64,000 nt of DNA from positions 186,001 through 250,000 of the forward strand of contig LSRY02000052.1 in NCBI GenBank assembly GCA_001643675.2. Reading direction: 5' to 3'. The DNA comes from Monocercomonoides exilis PA203 (taxonomy: Eukaryota; Protista; Preaxostyla). Numbering within the stretch: the first letter of the stretch is position 1; each line of letters begins with the position of its first letter. The notes beneath the pieces are model-generated. The model had not been told where the DNA came from, searched no databases, and saw only the letters and a list, made by a program, of their open reading frames with translations. The translations under genes and the position numbers were made by a program. Of this stretch, positions 24,814-41,900 are shown piece by piece.

Positions 24814-27438
24814 TTATGCAGAAGAGTGAGCAGGAGATGGCACAAGCGGCGGGGCTGTTGCTGTTGGTGAAGCGCCAGTTGTGTATTGCACACCAACATA
24901 AGTGTTTTCAGCAGGAACGGTGCAGCACACACCCGATTTGCACGATGCTTCGCAGACTGAAAAGCACTTTGACTTCTGCGGGCGCTTCCGAACACTTCCG
25001 CTGGCTTCTGAGCTGCTCTCTTGTTCTTCTGCATTCATGTGGAGATGTGAGTGAGCATGTGAATGGCCAGACGCGCTGCTGCTTCCTTCTTCCTCGTGTT
25101 GTGTCTTCTGAGCTGGCTCGTCGTGTGAATGTCCTGCTCCTCCTTCGTCTGCGTGTATCTGCGTGACAAAGGCCGGGTCGATGAACTCTGGCTGCACAGT
25201 GAACGAATGCACTCCATGGCGGTGGAGCTCCGTTGCGAGTATTTCGAGCACGCTGGCAGCAAACTCCACCTCGTATCCCGGTGTGTTTGCCATCACGATG
25301 TGGAACGTGGCAGTCGCGTCGCCAGAGGCCAGGGACCAGCAGTGGAGCTCGTGCACATTCAGGATAGACGGCACGCGGAGGATGACGCGGCGCAGGTGGT
25401 CAGCGCAGATGGACTTTGGCAGGCCCATCAGCAGGATGAGGGAGAGGCGGTACACCACTTTGATTTCTGTGGCCAGCAGCGCCACGCAGATGACGATGAG
25501 GATGATGTTGTGCCCGAACAGCTCGTACGTCTCTACCCATTTGAACTCGTCGCTGTGTGCTGCATCGGCGTTGCCTGCCTCAACAGCCTCTGCAACAAGC
25601 CCGCTGATCCAGCACTTCACTGCAAACAGCACACACAACAGAATGTCCCCCAAAAGTGCCAGCACAATCGCAGTCTGTGAAGTTTGGATGTCCCGTGACG
25701 CCTCGAAGAAGCTGCAGGGCTCGACGCTGTTCTTCTCTCCTGGGCGGCGCAGGAAGTCCCTCATGACTGCTGGGGGAGGGTGCTTGTGGTGGTGGTCGGT
25801 GTGTGGATGGCGCTCAATGACACGGCCGGCGCGGGGTGTGGAGCTGACGGAGGAAGAAAGAGATGTGCCGTGGGAATGATGGTCGTGATCATGTTCATGT
25901 TCATGCTCATGTTCATGCTCGTGTTCATGCTCGTGATCGTGATGATCGTGCTCATCGTGTTCATCTTCACTTTCTTTCTCTTTGTGGTGTTCGTGCTCCT
26001 CTTCGCTATCACTGTGATGATGATGTGTATGGTCATGTTCATCGTCTGTGTCCGGCTTCGAGGAACTCTCTGCATTATGTGCAGAGCTGTGCTCGCAGTT
26101 GGATTCGTCTTCTGGGTTTTCGACTTTGAGAGATTCCCACATCAGAGGCTGCATGCACTCTTCACACTCACATGCTGGACATGATTCGGCTACTTTTTCA
26201 TAGATCTGCTGCGCAGTTGCAATGACCTCACCAGATGGAGAGAAATAAGCGTTTGCAGGAGACATGTTGCAGCATTCACAGGGAGCTAGTTTGTTCATAC
26301 GGGGCATTTCGTTCTTTCCACCAAGAATTCCAAATCTTTGTGAGATCAGAGGGGAAGTAATTGAAGATGGTGGAGAGGAGGCTGGTATAAGCGAAGAAAG
26401 TGGAGAGTCCGGAGCAGAGGAAGAACTTGATGAAGCTGATGTCATCATTGGGCTCTCAATAAGTTTTGTTGGCTCTTCATTATCAGTTGCTAAAATATTG
26501 AACAAAGAGATATTGTTAAAGTTTTTGTACACAACAAAAAGCCACACATAAAATATGATATACTGCTTCTTCTTCGGCTCGAGTTACTTTTACACCCTTT
26601 GTGTACTTGAAAAGAGACCAGAATCCACGATCTGCGATAAAAGTTAAAGAGAAAAAGAAAACGAAAACTTGAACGAAAACCAACAATTAAAACAACTACA
26701 AACAGTAAAAAAGTGCAAGTCCAATAACGTCATATATCGCACTTCCGACGAAAATCCAAAAGAATGTTCTACTTGTTAGAGAATTTGTTAATTCTTCAGA
26801 TTCTCCATGCCCCCCAGCAATATACGAATTCAACACATCCATCAAAATGAAAAATATGCACGCAATTACTGACATGCTGCACAAAAAGCCGCCAATTTGA
26901 TTGAAGCGAACGTATCCATAAGAAAACGTTTTTGTTGCAGCACGAAACGATAACTAAATGCGTCGTAAAACGATTGGTTTTTTGATTTATAGAAGGATAT
27001 GGTAATAAAAGATAATGAATATAAGCATTAAAGCGAAGTAATGCATTCGAATATCAAATGGAAAGCACACAATATTGAATAATATCCAAATAAATGTCCC
27101 AATGGAATAAATCAGACGTTGAGAGAGAAATTCGTACACCTCTGCTCCTGATATTAAGGCATATATTGCCATACCAAGAGATGCAAGAGAATGTACGATG
27201 GTGTAGAGCAGTTGAAGCGTTTTTTTCATAAATAATTGATCGAGCCATAATTGCGTAACATACATATTTGAAACGATTGTTGTATCGATTGAGACAAGCG
27301 GAGAAATCGTGCTATATATAAAATGAAAGTTATCAATTAGTATTATGTGATATTGGGAGATAGCTTTTCATTTACATTTTGTTCGTTGTGATCGAGCGAA
27401 ACTCCGCACGTCAATTTTTGAAAATCAAAATGTTTCAT
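24814..27438 (-). CDS. Cation diffusion facilitator (ZnT/SLC30-like) transporter, multi-exon, 5' exons uncertain
   Basis: TFSYGYVRFNQIGGF (TM3 signature), His-rich loop, ILLMGLP, NVHELHCWSLASGDATATFHI and LHRHGVHSFTVQPEF (CDF C-terminal domain), plus a Cys-rich tail CEASCKSGVCC. Confidence 0.88.
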
Positions 27439-27574
27439 CAAAATAAGTTTATTTACAAAAAGTTTTTAAGATTCATTATTTCCTATATTTTTAGTGTTTG
27501 AATTAATTGTTTATTTAACTTTCAGTTTTATGTCCCATATAAAAATTTTCAAACATTTTTCAATCTTTTATTTA

Positions 27575-30743
<3,169 letters not shown>

Positions 30744-30980
30744 ACATGATGCATAGTTTTTAAAGTTTATCATAAAATTATATTGTTTTTTTATTTCTTC
30801 TTCTTTTTTTTAATTTGTTATTTTTTCTCATTTCACAGCCCATTGATCACTTGCCACATCATTGTACAATTTTTAAATATCGACTGCACATTTCATAAAA
30901 AAATTAAAAAATTTTTTAAATTTTACCATAATTATAATCGAAAATTCATCATGTTCTTAGATCCTAAATAAGGAATTAAA

Positions 30981-32996
30981 ATGTCTTCATCCAAAAAGTC
31001 GTTTGAAATACGTCAAAGCAACAGTATACATTTCATTTCAATATAATTTTATGCTATAATTTCATATAATTTTCTTATTTTGTTCTTTGTGCACAGCTAC
31101 TGCTGTTGTTGCAATCAGAAATATTTTAAAGTCATCCTTCGGCCCAGAGGGACTTGATAAAATGATTGTCAATGACATTGGTGATGTAAATATTACAAAC
31201 GATGGAGCGACAATCTTGGGGCAACTTGAAATCCAACATCCATCTGCAAAGGTTTGAATTTGATTTTGTTGATTGTTATTTTGAATTTTTTTTAAATATT
31301 ACTCATCATAGCTTCTTGTTGAACTTGCAACGCAACAAGATATGCAAGTTGGAGATGGTACAACAACAGTTACGTTGTATGCTGCAGAAATGCTTGCAGT
31401 TTGCACCTTTTTAGCTTTTATGTTTTTTAAAGAATAATTTTAAAAATAATAACAGAATGCCATGAAACTTATTGATCAAAATCACATTCATCCAACTTCA
31501 ATCATCCTCGGATATAAGCGTGCTTTGCGTTTCTCTCTTCAATACATTAAAGATAATCTCACAATTCCTGTTGACAAACTTGGAGACGAATGCTTGATGA
31601 ACATTGCCAGAACATCTCTTTCTTCAAAACTTGTTTCAGCGTTTGCTTTTATAATAAATGAATAATTAATATTTTTTTAATTATTTGATGATTATATTCA
31701 ATGGATAGTGATCTCGATCATTTCGCAGATCTTTGCGTGCGTGCAGTTAAACTTGTCAAGCGCCCAGGTCCCAAGGCTGGAACATTTAAATATCCTGTTA
31801 AGAATATTAACGTATTAAAAGCTCATGGAGGAACCATGAGTGACAGTTGTGTTGTGCCTGGTATTTGCTTGAACTATACACGAGCTGCTCAAGGCATGCC
31901 TCGCATTGTTAAGGATGCAAAAATTGCACTTCTTGATTTTCCTCTTCATAAATGGAGATTGAGAATGGGAATCCAAGTTGAAATTGTTGATCCAAAGGAA
32001 CTTGAAGCTGTTAGAGATCAGTTTGATATTTTTATTTTTTTAATTGGAAAATCTTTATGAACTATTTCCATTTCCAAATATAATAGGGAAGTCAAGCAAG
32101 TTGAAAATCAAATTCGTTTAATTTTGAATGCTGGAGCAAATGTTGTGTTGTGTTCTGGAGGTATTGATGACTTGTGCTTGAAATACTTTGTAGAGGCAAA
32201 AGCGATTGGTGTGCGTCGTGTGCGTCGTGCAGAGCTTAATGCCATTGCAAAGGCAACTGGCGGACATGTTGTCACATCATTGGCAGATGAGGATGGAGGA
32301 GAGTCGTTTGATCCATCCAATCTCGGATATGCTGCTGAAGTTGCTGAGGAAAGAATTGCTGATGACGATGCTATTTTCATCAAGCAGCCAAAAACTACTT
32401 CGGCTGTTTCATTGCTTCTGAGAGGCCCATCTGACTATGCACTTGATGAGATGGAACGTTCATTGAATGATGCAGTTCATGCCCTGAGCGCCACATTGGA
32501 ATCTGATGCAGTTGTTGTGGGTGGAGCAGCTGTTGATGCTGCATTAAACATCGCTGTTGAAGAATGGGCACAGAAAATGGGAAGTAGAGAGCAGCTGGCA
32601 GCGGTGCAGTGGGCAAATTCTCTTCTGACTATTCCAAAGACACTTGCCACCAACGCAGCTAAGGATGCAACTGATCTTGTTGCAAAACTGAGAACTGCAC
32701 ATGCTGAAGCTCAAAGAAACGAAGATATGAAGGAGAAAAGATGGACTGGACTTGATCTTCTCCACGGAACCGTTAGGGACAATCTGAAAGCTGGAGTTTT
32801 AGAACCAGCTGCAGTAAAACTGACAGCACTTCAACTTGCAACAGATGCAGCTGTGGTTTGTTCTTTGTTCACTTTTGAAATAATAATGTTTTATTTCAAA
32901 TATGTATAATATTTTTTATTTTTTATCATGCAGACCATTCTTCGCGTTGATGATCATATAGAAGTTCAAACTGAAGCTCCACCAGAACAACAATAA
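30981..32996 (+). CDS. CCT1: T-complex protein 1 subunit alpha (CCT1), 7 exons
   Basis: SSFGPEGLDKMIVNDIGDVNITNDGATIL, VGDGTTTV, YPVKNINVLKAHG, DEMERSLNDA and GVLEPAAVK..ILRVDD. All checked introns are GT..AG and in frame. Confidence 0.96.
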
Positions 32997-33264
32997 TTCT
33001 AATCAACTCATTTTATTTTATTTTTTTTCACCATTCGATAAAAGAACAATTCCAGCTTGCAGTTAACTCGTTTTTGTTCTTTTTTGATACAGCAGATTTT
33101 TGAGATGAATAATTAGAGGAAATAAATCTCTTGAAAATCATAAAACTTAACAGAAGGAAAGAAGAAAAGAATAATATAAATTGGTAGGAATATGAAGTTT
33201 GAATAAAATTATCGAGATGTACACAAAAACAATTGAAAAATCACTTTATTTCAGTTTTAAAAAA

Positions 33265-33884
33265 TTACAGATTCCCAAATGTCGCTTCACCAGCATAAGT
33301 CAGATAAAGGAAGCCATCGTCTTTTGGATGTTTGGATTTGTAATCTTCATATACCACAGAAAGAGGAGATCCTGTTGAAGGAATCGTATTATCCACAAAC
33401 AAAAAGATTGATTCGGAAGCATTTAGCTTTTAAAAGTAGATTTAAAGTTAAGCGCCATTAAATATGAATAAAAGCAAATAAAAACAAACCTTGATGTTTT
33501 TCCTAATAATTGTTAGAAATTCACCAACGGTAATGCTTTCTTGAACAAGAAATCTTAATGGATTATAAATATTCAAAAATATAAATTCTTACCAAAAAAA
33601 TACATACTTTTTCTGAGACATTTCTAAATATTTACGGAAAGCATCGAACATTGAAAAAAGAATTATAAAAACAAAAGCATCAAATAATTCGTTTAATGTC
33701 AAACCTGGAATTGCACTTTTCTCTGACTTCTCACAAATAATTGGGATACGGTCTGGATACTTCCTTCTGAAAGAGAGATAAAAGAAATTCTGACACAATA
33801 ATTTAACACAAACCGGATTTTATCAACTTCATTCTTTCTAGCTTCAAATGACATCTTGGATTTAAATGCAGATTCTTTTCCCAT
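33265..33884 (-). CDS. ATG8: Autophagy ubiquitin-like protein ATG8, 5 exons
   Basis: MGKESAFKSKMSFEARKNEVDKIR-RKYPDRIPIICEKSEKSAIP-EMSQKK-FLVQESITVGEFLTIIRKNIK-LNASESIFLFVDN..DDGFLYLTYAGEATFG-NL*. The conserved C-terminal Gly is followed by two residues removable by ATG4. Confidence 0.96.
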
Positions 33885-33987
33885 CGCAATTTACCTGCAA
33901 GTGATCTTCTGCCCATATATTTCAACATCTTCAATTATTTCTGTTGGTACGATCAAACTTTAATTTTTTATTTAAATCTTTTAAAAA

Positions 33988-34891
33988 ATGAGCTTCGTGT
34001 CAAAAAGAGGGAAAAGTGCAAAACTTTATCCACGTGCATTTGAAGCATCTAAAACTTTACGTAAAGCAACTAGCGGTGAGCATGCATTATTGAAAATGAA
34101 TATTTTCATAATTAATTTGTTTAATTCAGATAAAGCCATTTCATATATTTCCATGATGCCAACAAAAATTAAGCATCTTACGGAACTTATCTCTGCTTGT
34201 GTTTTTCTGATTTTTTTTGATTTATTATGTTCAAAAAATGATTTTTAGCAATTTCGTGATTCAAAAGATGATGTACTTAAGGATTGTATTATTCCAACTC
34301 CATCAAGTGGACCAGGAAAAAATGATGCTATTTTGATGACAAATAAAGTTTGAAATTTAATTTTTTCGATGTTTACTTATCTTTTCCGAAAAAGAAATTG
34401 AGCGAAATGGTGAAAATTGTGATCAGTGAATCTCGAGAGCTCATTGAAATATATGAATGCTGGAGAATGTGGATACAGATGCATACTATGCCTATTGAGG
34501 ATGTTTGTATTTTTTTAAATATTTGTTTATCTAATTTCACCAATTCATGTAATTTTATTAATAGGGCCAAGGCTTTGGGCATGATGTTCAAACAGAAGTT
34601 ATGACTGACATCGCATCTGCTATAGACAATGCCTCTGCACTTTCTTTGAGCAGCACAGTTTTTCATTCCGATAGAGCGAAAATGGTTGAGAAAATTTGCA
34701 AATATCCAAAGATTGAGAACTTTGCGGAAGCTTTGAGAGTTGCTGACGAAATGGAATGGAGAGATATGTCTAATGCAATTATTACAATGAGAGATGATGC
34801 ATGCCATCTTTTGGATCTTGTTCAAAAAAACAGAAGACATCTTGAAAACCCCTTTGGATCATCACATCATCTCCATCATTCCATGTTTTGA
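33988..34891 (+). CDS. Proteasome activator PA28/11S (REG) family protein, multi-exon
   Basis: WIQMHTMPIED-GQGFGHDVQTEV (activation loop, cf. IPRIEDGNNFGV), FHSDRAKMVEKICKYP and LLDLVQKNRRHLENP. Confidence 0.85.
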
Positions 34892-35385
34892 ACATCTCAC
34901 ACATGTCACGAAAAGCACTTCAAATATTTTAGTTTTGTTGTATATTACATTTCCATTTTTTTTAGAAAATATGTTTAATATTAAAGGAAAAAACACGAAA
35001 TTCTTTTTCCAACTTGTACACCAAAAATTATTCAATATCGAAAAACTTAAATTCAAGATCGGATGTTTTTAATTCAAAATCGAAAATCCTTCATCATCAA
35101 ATTTTTTGAAAAATTTTTAAAATTTATGCTCATGTCAGTTTCTTTTCTTTCAGTGAATGATCTGAGGAATTTGTCAACTTCAATCAGAAAAAATATTTTT
35201 TTTGTTTTTTTTAATGTTTGACTCCAACAGCGTAAATAGGATAAAATTGAATTATGTCAAAACTCTTTCCATATGCTCAATAAATAATTAGTTTTTTTGC
35301 AAAAAATAAAACAGATAGGATGGTTCTTAACCTTGTTTCACTTACAAAGATATTTGAATTAATCTTATTAAAGTGATATGAAATA

Positions 35386-36450
35386 TAATCATGGACAAAA
35401 CCCGGGAAAGGGACAAAACCCGGACTTTTTCATAAAATTCATATTTTTCAACAAGTTTCAAAAATTAGATTATGATAATTCATACGTTCATATATCAGCA
35501 TATAACACATCTTACCATATCTAAATTTTTATTTGTTGTGCTGTATTTATGAAGAAATAAATAATTTTTATTTTTGAAAATTTGACTTTTAATGAATTTT
35601 TCTATTTCAACTGAACGATTCAATTCATCTTCTACACATGTAACTTATTTTTTCTTTGTTGCAAACTGTTCTGATTGTTTTTCATTTTCGGCAATTTGCT
35701 ATTTCTGAAGAAAAAAAAAACTATCATTTTTGAAAAATCATTATCAATGGGATTACTTAAAAAATATTTTTTGCAAAACACAAAAGCGTCCAAGTGAATT
35801 TAACACACGCATCAATAAATATGATAGTTATATAACATTTCCACGTTTTTGAAATAAAAAATAATTCAGTAGGTATTTTTTTAATGTAATTAGTTTTCAT
35901 AATTGACTATTTATTATAATCACTTTCATTGAAATTATTACAAAAATGTATTTTTTGAAATGAATTAAAAATCATTTTAAATTTCAAAAACGTGGAAATG
36001 TTATATAACTATCATATTTATTGATGCATGTGTTAAATTCACTTGGATGCTTTTGTGTTTTGCAAAAAATATTTTTTAAGTAATCCCATTGATAATGATT
36101 TTTCAAAAATGATAGTTTTTTTTTTCTTCAGAAATAGCAAATTGCCGAAAATGAAAAACAATCAGAACAGTTTGCAACAAAGAAAAAATAAGTTACATGT
36201 GTAGAAGATGAATTGAATCGTTCAGTTGAAATAGAAAAATTCATTAAAAGTCAAATTTTCAAAAATAAAAATTATTTATTTCTTCATAAATACAGCACAA
36301 CAAATAAAAATTTAGATATGGTAAGATGTGTTATATGCTGATATATGAACGTATGAATTATCATAATCTAATTTTTGAAACTTGTTGAAAAATATGAATT
36401 TTATGAAAAAGTCCGGGTTTTGTCCCTTTCCCGGGTTTTGTCCATGATTA
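35386..36450. mobile_element. ~1.07-kb foldback (palindromic) non-autonomous element
   Basis: About 470-bp arms, near-identical by eye, around a ~125-bp spacer. TA flanks. Termini carry GGACAAAACCCGG twice. Confidence 0.92.
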
Positions 36451-38279
36451 TACATTTAATATCATTTATTGAATTTGAAACCGATAAAATAAAACATTTT
36501 CAATTTTCAAAATGAGAAATAGACCATGAATATCAGTTTTAATCGTGGAAAACAGTAGTTCAAAACGAAAGAAAATCATATCTTTTAATAAAACATTTGA
36601 AATCATCAACATTTGTTTCAATAAAACTTCCTTGGTTTTGACTTGAATTGAAATTCTGAACAAATTTTCTTCTTTTTCGATTTTGAATAATTATTTTGGA
36701 TGTTGAATAAATTTTGGTGCAAAAATTTCTTTGAAAAGTGCCTTTTGTTTAATAATCATATTAAATGAAAACTTCATGTTTTGATATAATTTCTTTTCAC
36801 ATATTCCAAATTTTTCTGTTTAGAAAACAAAATCTTGACAATGGTATTCTTTTCATTTTTGTGAAATTTCGTGAGTGGAAACATAAATATGATCAAAATT
36901 CTAATTTATATTTTATGAGATAATAAAGAAAAAAGAATTTCACAAAATATATTTGACATATGCTTAAAAAACACAACTTAATAATTATCAAAATACAAAT
37001 TTCCACTTTTATGATAATTTCGTTGATACACCAAAAATCATTCTTTTTCGAAAAATTTTAATTCTATTTCGGAACATATATTTCAATTTCGAACCGCTAA
37101 AATATTTGGCTAACTTTATGAATAATTTGTGTGGTGTGATTCACATATAAAAATTCTTCATGAAATCAGACTGCTTTTTTTCAATATAATCGAATTGGTG
37201 ATTATTCAAAAAAGAAACATGCAATTTATAACAGACTTTCTTTCTCATTTTTATTGAAAAAAATTACACAAAACAAAAAATTAATAATTGGAATTCGAAA
37301 AAGAGTATTTCAATTTCGAAAATAGTTTTTGACTGTATTTTTTCCATTTTGTGATGATGAATTTCTGTGAATGATATGTCGTTATTCATTTAACTACAAA
37401 CAATCATTCTTGAATAAACATTGAATTAAAAAAAAATTAATCAATTTTTTGAAGATTGTTAAAATATTTCATAGAAATGATTCTGTTGTCGAATATGAAG
37501 AATTTCGTTCACTCAGCAACAGTTATTTGACCCAAAATTGAATACTGCAAAATTATTTCTTCTGAATAGAATAGATTTTGAGTTTTCAGTTAAAAAAAAG
37601 TATAACATTTTTTTTTAAAAATGCAGAAAATTCTTTTCATTTCAATAATTTGAAGATATCTTTCTATTTATGATAATCAAAAAATAAAAATGTGCAAAAA
37701 TATCAAAATCGCTTTTTTCTTTTTTGAAAAATCATCAAATTGAAATGTCAAAACAAAAAGTTGTCTGATTACAAATAAAAATGTGTGTATGAATCAACCT
37801 ATGCATATTATTTACATAAAAGGTTAAAATTCTTTCATTTCGAAATTGAATTGTTCTTTTTCGAATTCGTATATTAATTTTCTATTTTGAATTATAAATA
37901 TCGAATAAGAATTATAAGTTTTCGGCTCAAGTTTTTTATTGGTGTTTTTTACCGAAAAATTAGTTGAACAAATTGATTTGACGCAAAATGTGTTGCAAGT
38001 GTTATTATATAACTAAATATGTGTTGACAGGGTTCGATGCATTAAATTCCTTAAATAATGGAAATGATAAAATTGAAAGTGCTTTAAAAAAATTGATAAA
38101 CAAAAGAAGCTTTATTTAGAAGGCATCAGAACATAAAAATAAAACAAGAAAATAAATATTTAAAATAAATAATGAAAACAAAAACAAATAAATAAAAAAG
38201 AAAAATTAAATAAAACAAACAAAAACAAAAAAAAAAAAGACTTCAAAAACAAATCGAAAATTAAAGAAATAAAATATAA

Positions 38280-38480
38280 CCAATCCTTTTTGAAATCATT
38301 CATTCGTTCGAGTTTTGATTATATAATATGATTTCAATGGGATTTTCGAAAAGATTTATTTTCTTTGAAATATCTTCATAAGATGTATGTATTCACAGTT
38401 GCAGTTTATTATTTCTGAATCCCATTGAGATAAAAATTTTAATCAAAACTCGAACAAAAGTGTGATTTCAAAAAGGATCA
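38280..38480. repeat. Decayed ~200-bp inverted-repeat element
   Basis: ATCCTTTTTGAAATCA..GTTCGAGTTTTGATTA..TCAATGGGATT pairs with AATCCCATTGA..TAATCAAAACTCGAAC..TGATTTCAAAAGGAT. Confidence 0.7.
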
Positions 38481-38912
38481 GCCATATAAAAAAAATCACT
38501 CCAAATTTATCTGTATGGGAGTTTTCTAACATTTGATTTCAAAAGAATAGTACTTATAAAAATATGACTAGTAAAAAAATGAAATGAAATTAATGAATAA
38601 GAAAATTAGATGAAAGAACAAACTCAAAACATAAATGTTGAAGTGCGAATTTTAGAGTTACAACATTATGGCATGTTATGCGAAAATTTTTTTGTTGAAT
38701 GATGATTAATCTTTAACGCACAATGATTTGCTATTCGTGCAATCAAAGATCGTTGGGGATAATTGTTCAATATTTTAAAAAAAAAATAAATAGCACAGTT
38801 TATTCAGATAGCCACAATAGCAACTATTATCAAGCGGCTTGTCTTTTCAATTGTTCATTCAAGGGTGAAGCACAAATTATTGTGACTTTATTGTGATGTT
38901 TTTCACTCGGCT

Positions 38913-41900
38913 TCATCCCTCATTTATAATCTTTTTAATTGATTTTTTCACGTCCACCAAAGTGGGTCTTTCGTTTGGCTCATCTGCCCACATCTTTTCC
39001 ATCAGCTCAACCACTTCTTCTCCATCGATTCCATCTGTCAGCGGTCGCACTCCATCTCTCATCATCTCCTGCGCTTCCTCCGCATCACACTCGCTCAAAG
39101 GCACTTCCCCTGCGGTCATTTCATGCAGAATCAGTCCAAGTGTGAAAACAACTCCCTTTTCAATTCCCTCTTCTTCATATTCCTCTTCTGGTGCTTTCCA
39201 TCGCTTCATTTCTTCCCTTTCCTTTTCATCCTCTAATTCCTCCGTCAAAACGAATATTTCATTTTCGTTTCCTTCCTCAACAAAGATTGAATATGGGCAC
39301 AACTGCCTCCCAATCATTTCCGTCCTTTCGTCTGCAACTGAAATCAAATGCTCAAATAGCTCTGCAACTGCCAAAACCACCTCCTTCCCATCAACAACAT
39401 CCATCGCTCTTGTTCCCAGAGTGAAATTACCTTGAACGGAATGAATTACTGAATGCAATGTTTTGATGTTCTTTTTCTTTATCTCTCCAAACGGTTTCTT
39501 TGCAGATATCACACTGAATGAATGTGATTGCAACACTCTAGCAACAGAAACATCTTCATAAGATTGCAATCGTGATTCCAAATCTGGTAAATCATTTTCA
39601 TTTGGTGCCTCATCGCTCGTTCCTCCCGCTTCTGTACCCTCTTCCTCATCGTTGTCAATCAACAAAGGAATTTGACTCGTCATCCCTTCCAGCAACGTCG
39701 ATGGCATTTCACTCATCTCAAAGCTTCTTTCATTGCTTTCCCTTCTCCTTTCCATCTTTCCCATTATCTGCTCATTTTCTAACCTTTTTTTTTCAACGTT
39801 CTTTTCTGATTCCCTTAATTTTTTTCGTAAAATCACCACCACAACAACAAATATAAATCCAAACATCAAAAAAAGCACAGCCATCATAACAATAACAACT
39901 ATGCTCCATTCATTGCTGTTTTGAACTTTTTTGTTATTTTCATCTCCTTCATTCTCATTCCCATCTCCTTTTGATTGAGACTCACTCTTGTTTGTCACCA
40001 CAATTCCATTAGAAGAAAATGATTCATCTTTTCCAAACACAATGCACACACTCACTTCTGTTTTCATCTCCATCACTTTCAACAATTCAGATGAGATAAC
40101 CGAATGTACCTCCTTCTCTGATATATAGTCATCTTCTTCTAAGATATTTGTCTGTGAAAATTCAACATCCCCATCTTTCATGTTTATCTTCAGCGACAAG
40201 TTGCATGGAAGAAGCAACTTCCCATGAATGATCAGTTCCATTTCTCCTTTTGGCTGTGTCGTATTCTTCACTTCTTCCAAGGCAGGGATGAAAAATGATG
40301 ATGTTCTTTCACTCGCTATCCCTCCCAATTGGCATCCTTCGTCCAATATCCACAACGATGTGTTTGGCAACACTCCTTCTCCACCTTTCACACTTGCAAC
40401 ATTCAGTTCGCTATTCCCTGTGCAAATCACATTCCTTCGGGCAGATGGATATCCCTCAATCTCTGGGTTATTATCCTCAAACTCTCCTTTCTCAATTTTC
40501 ACACTCCCTCCACTCACCCACAACCCACCTCCCTTGCTATTTCTGAATGTTGTTTCCCTCATCTTCACATTGCTCTTCTCAATATCAACCATTGACCCAT
40601 TCCATTTGCATAATCCCTCTTTTCTATTGTTTTCTTCATTAACAATTTCATCTTCCTTTTCTCCATCAAACACACAATTCTCAACCCTCACGTCCTTGGA
40701 ATTCCTAATCTGCATCATTCTTCCCTTATCAACCAAATTCGCACACTTTCCAAATGAGCTGTTCAGCACACTCACCACTTGCTCGGCATCTTCCATACCA
40801 ATCGCACACCCTTCAGACAGTACAGTCATATTCTCAATCGTCATGATCTTCATCACCACTTTCGCCTTTCTTCCAACACTCACAACATCTCCCTCACTTT
40901 TGATATTTGAAATGCTCGTTTCAACAATTGTCACATTCGATTCTTCGTAAAAGGAAAGCACCGCTGTTGTTGAATGAATATTCTTGAATGTTGAATCAAA
41001 TATCTTCAGCTCTCCGCTTTCCACACTCACAATTGAACTGTTCAACTTCATATCCTCAACTGTTGTTGAAAAAGAGAAGAACTCGCATTTTTGGATCTCC
41101 ATTGACCCGTTCTTCACTTTCATAAGATAATTGTGGATGATTCAAATCCATCTTCAAACTGGAATGAGCACCTCTCCACTGAACATTCATTCACAAACTC
41201 CATAACGCAATCCTTCTCTGAGGATTTCTCAATCTCGGATTTCAATCTCAAAATCGCCTGTGTCTTTTTGAATGAAGTCACAATCAGATCTTCAATTACA
41301 CACTCCCTCCTCACAAACCCTTCTCCATCAATCAGAATCCCATTTATCACCCCTTCCTCGATGTGCTCAACCCCACAGTTGATGCTCACACACGGATTGC
41401 TCTGTGCCCCACATCCTCTCCCATCACTCCCTCTCCCACTCACAAACACCTGTGCCGAGTAATAGAATGTGATCAGCGGAATCAGATCAACATCTCCCTC
41501 GCTCCAAACATCCCTCCCACAGATGGAGTTGTTTGAATTCAATGACTCCTGGTTGTAGTTCAAAGCAAACAGTGCTTCATTGATCTGGCGATCAATCGAG
41601 TGACATCTGATGAATATGTCTTTCCCCACAAAAGCCTCATTCAAATTGAACAAGATATTCACAATCTTGAAATTCAGAGGAGGAATCTGAGTTTCATATC
41701 CATAATTGGCATTTGGATCATATCCATCAATATACAGCCCTCCTCCACGCCCTGAACCAGTCGAGCACTTGCACATCGAAAATGAGCTGCCATTCACTTT
41801 CAAAGCTGATTCATCACTCTTCAGCACCACTCTCATTCCTCCACCTTCTGCACTCAAAGCGCTCTTGCAGTTTGTTATTGAACACTCATCAATCACACAC

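Noticed and set aside
19651-26551. Numerous overlapping and antisense ORFs within the POT1-like and CDF genes
   Set aside because: Shadow frames of low-complexity, GC-rich coding sequence (poly-L, poly-R and poly-E translations) with no independent motifs.
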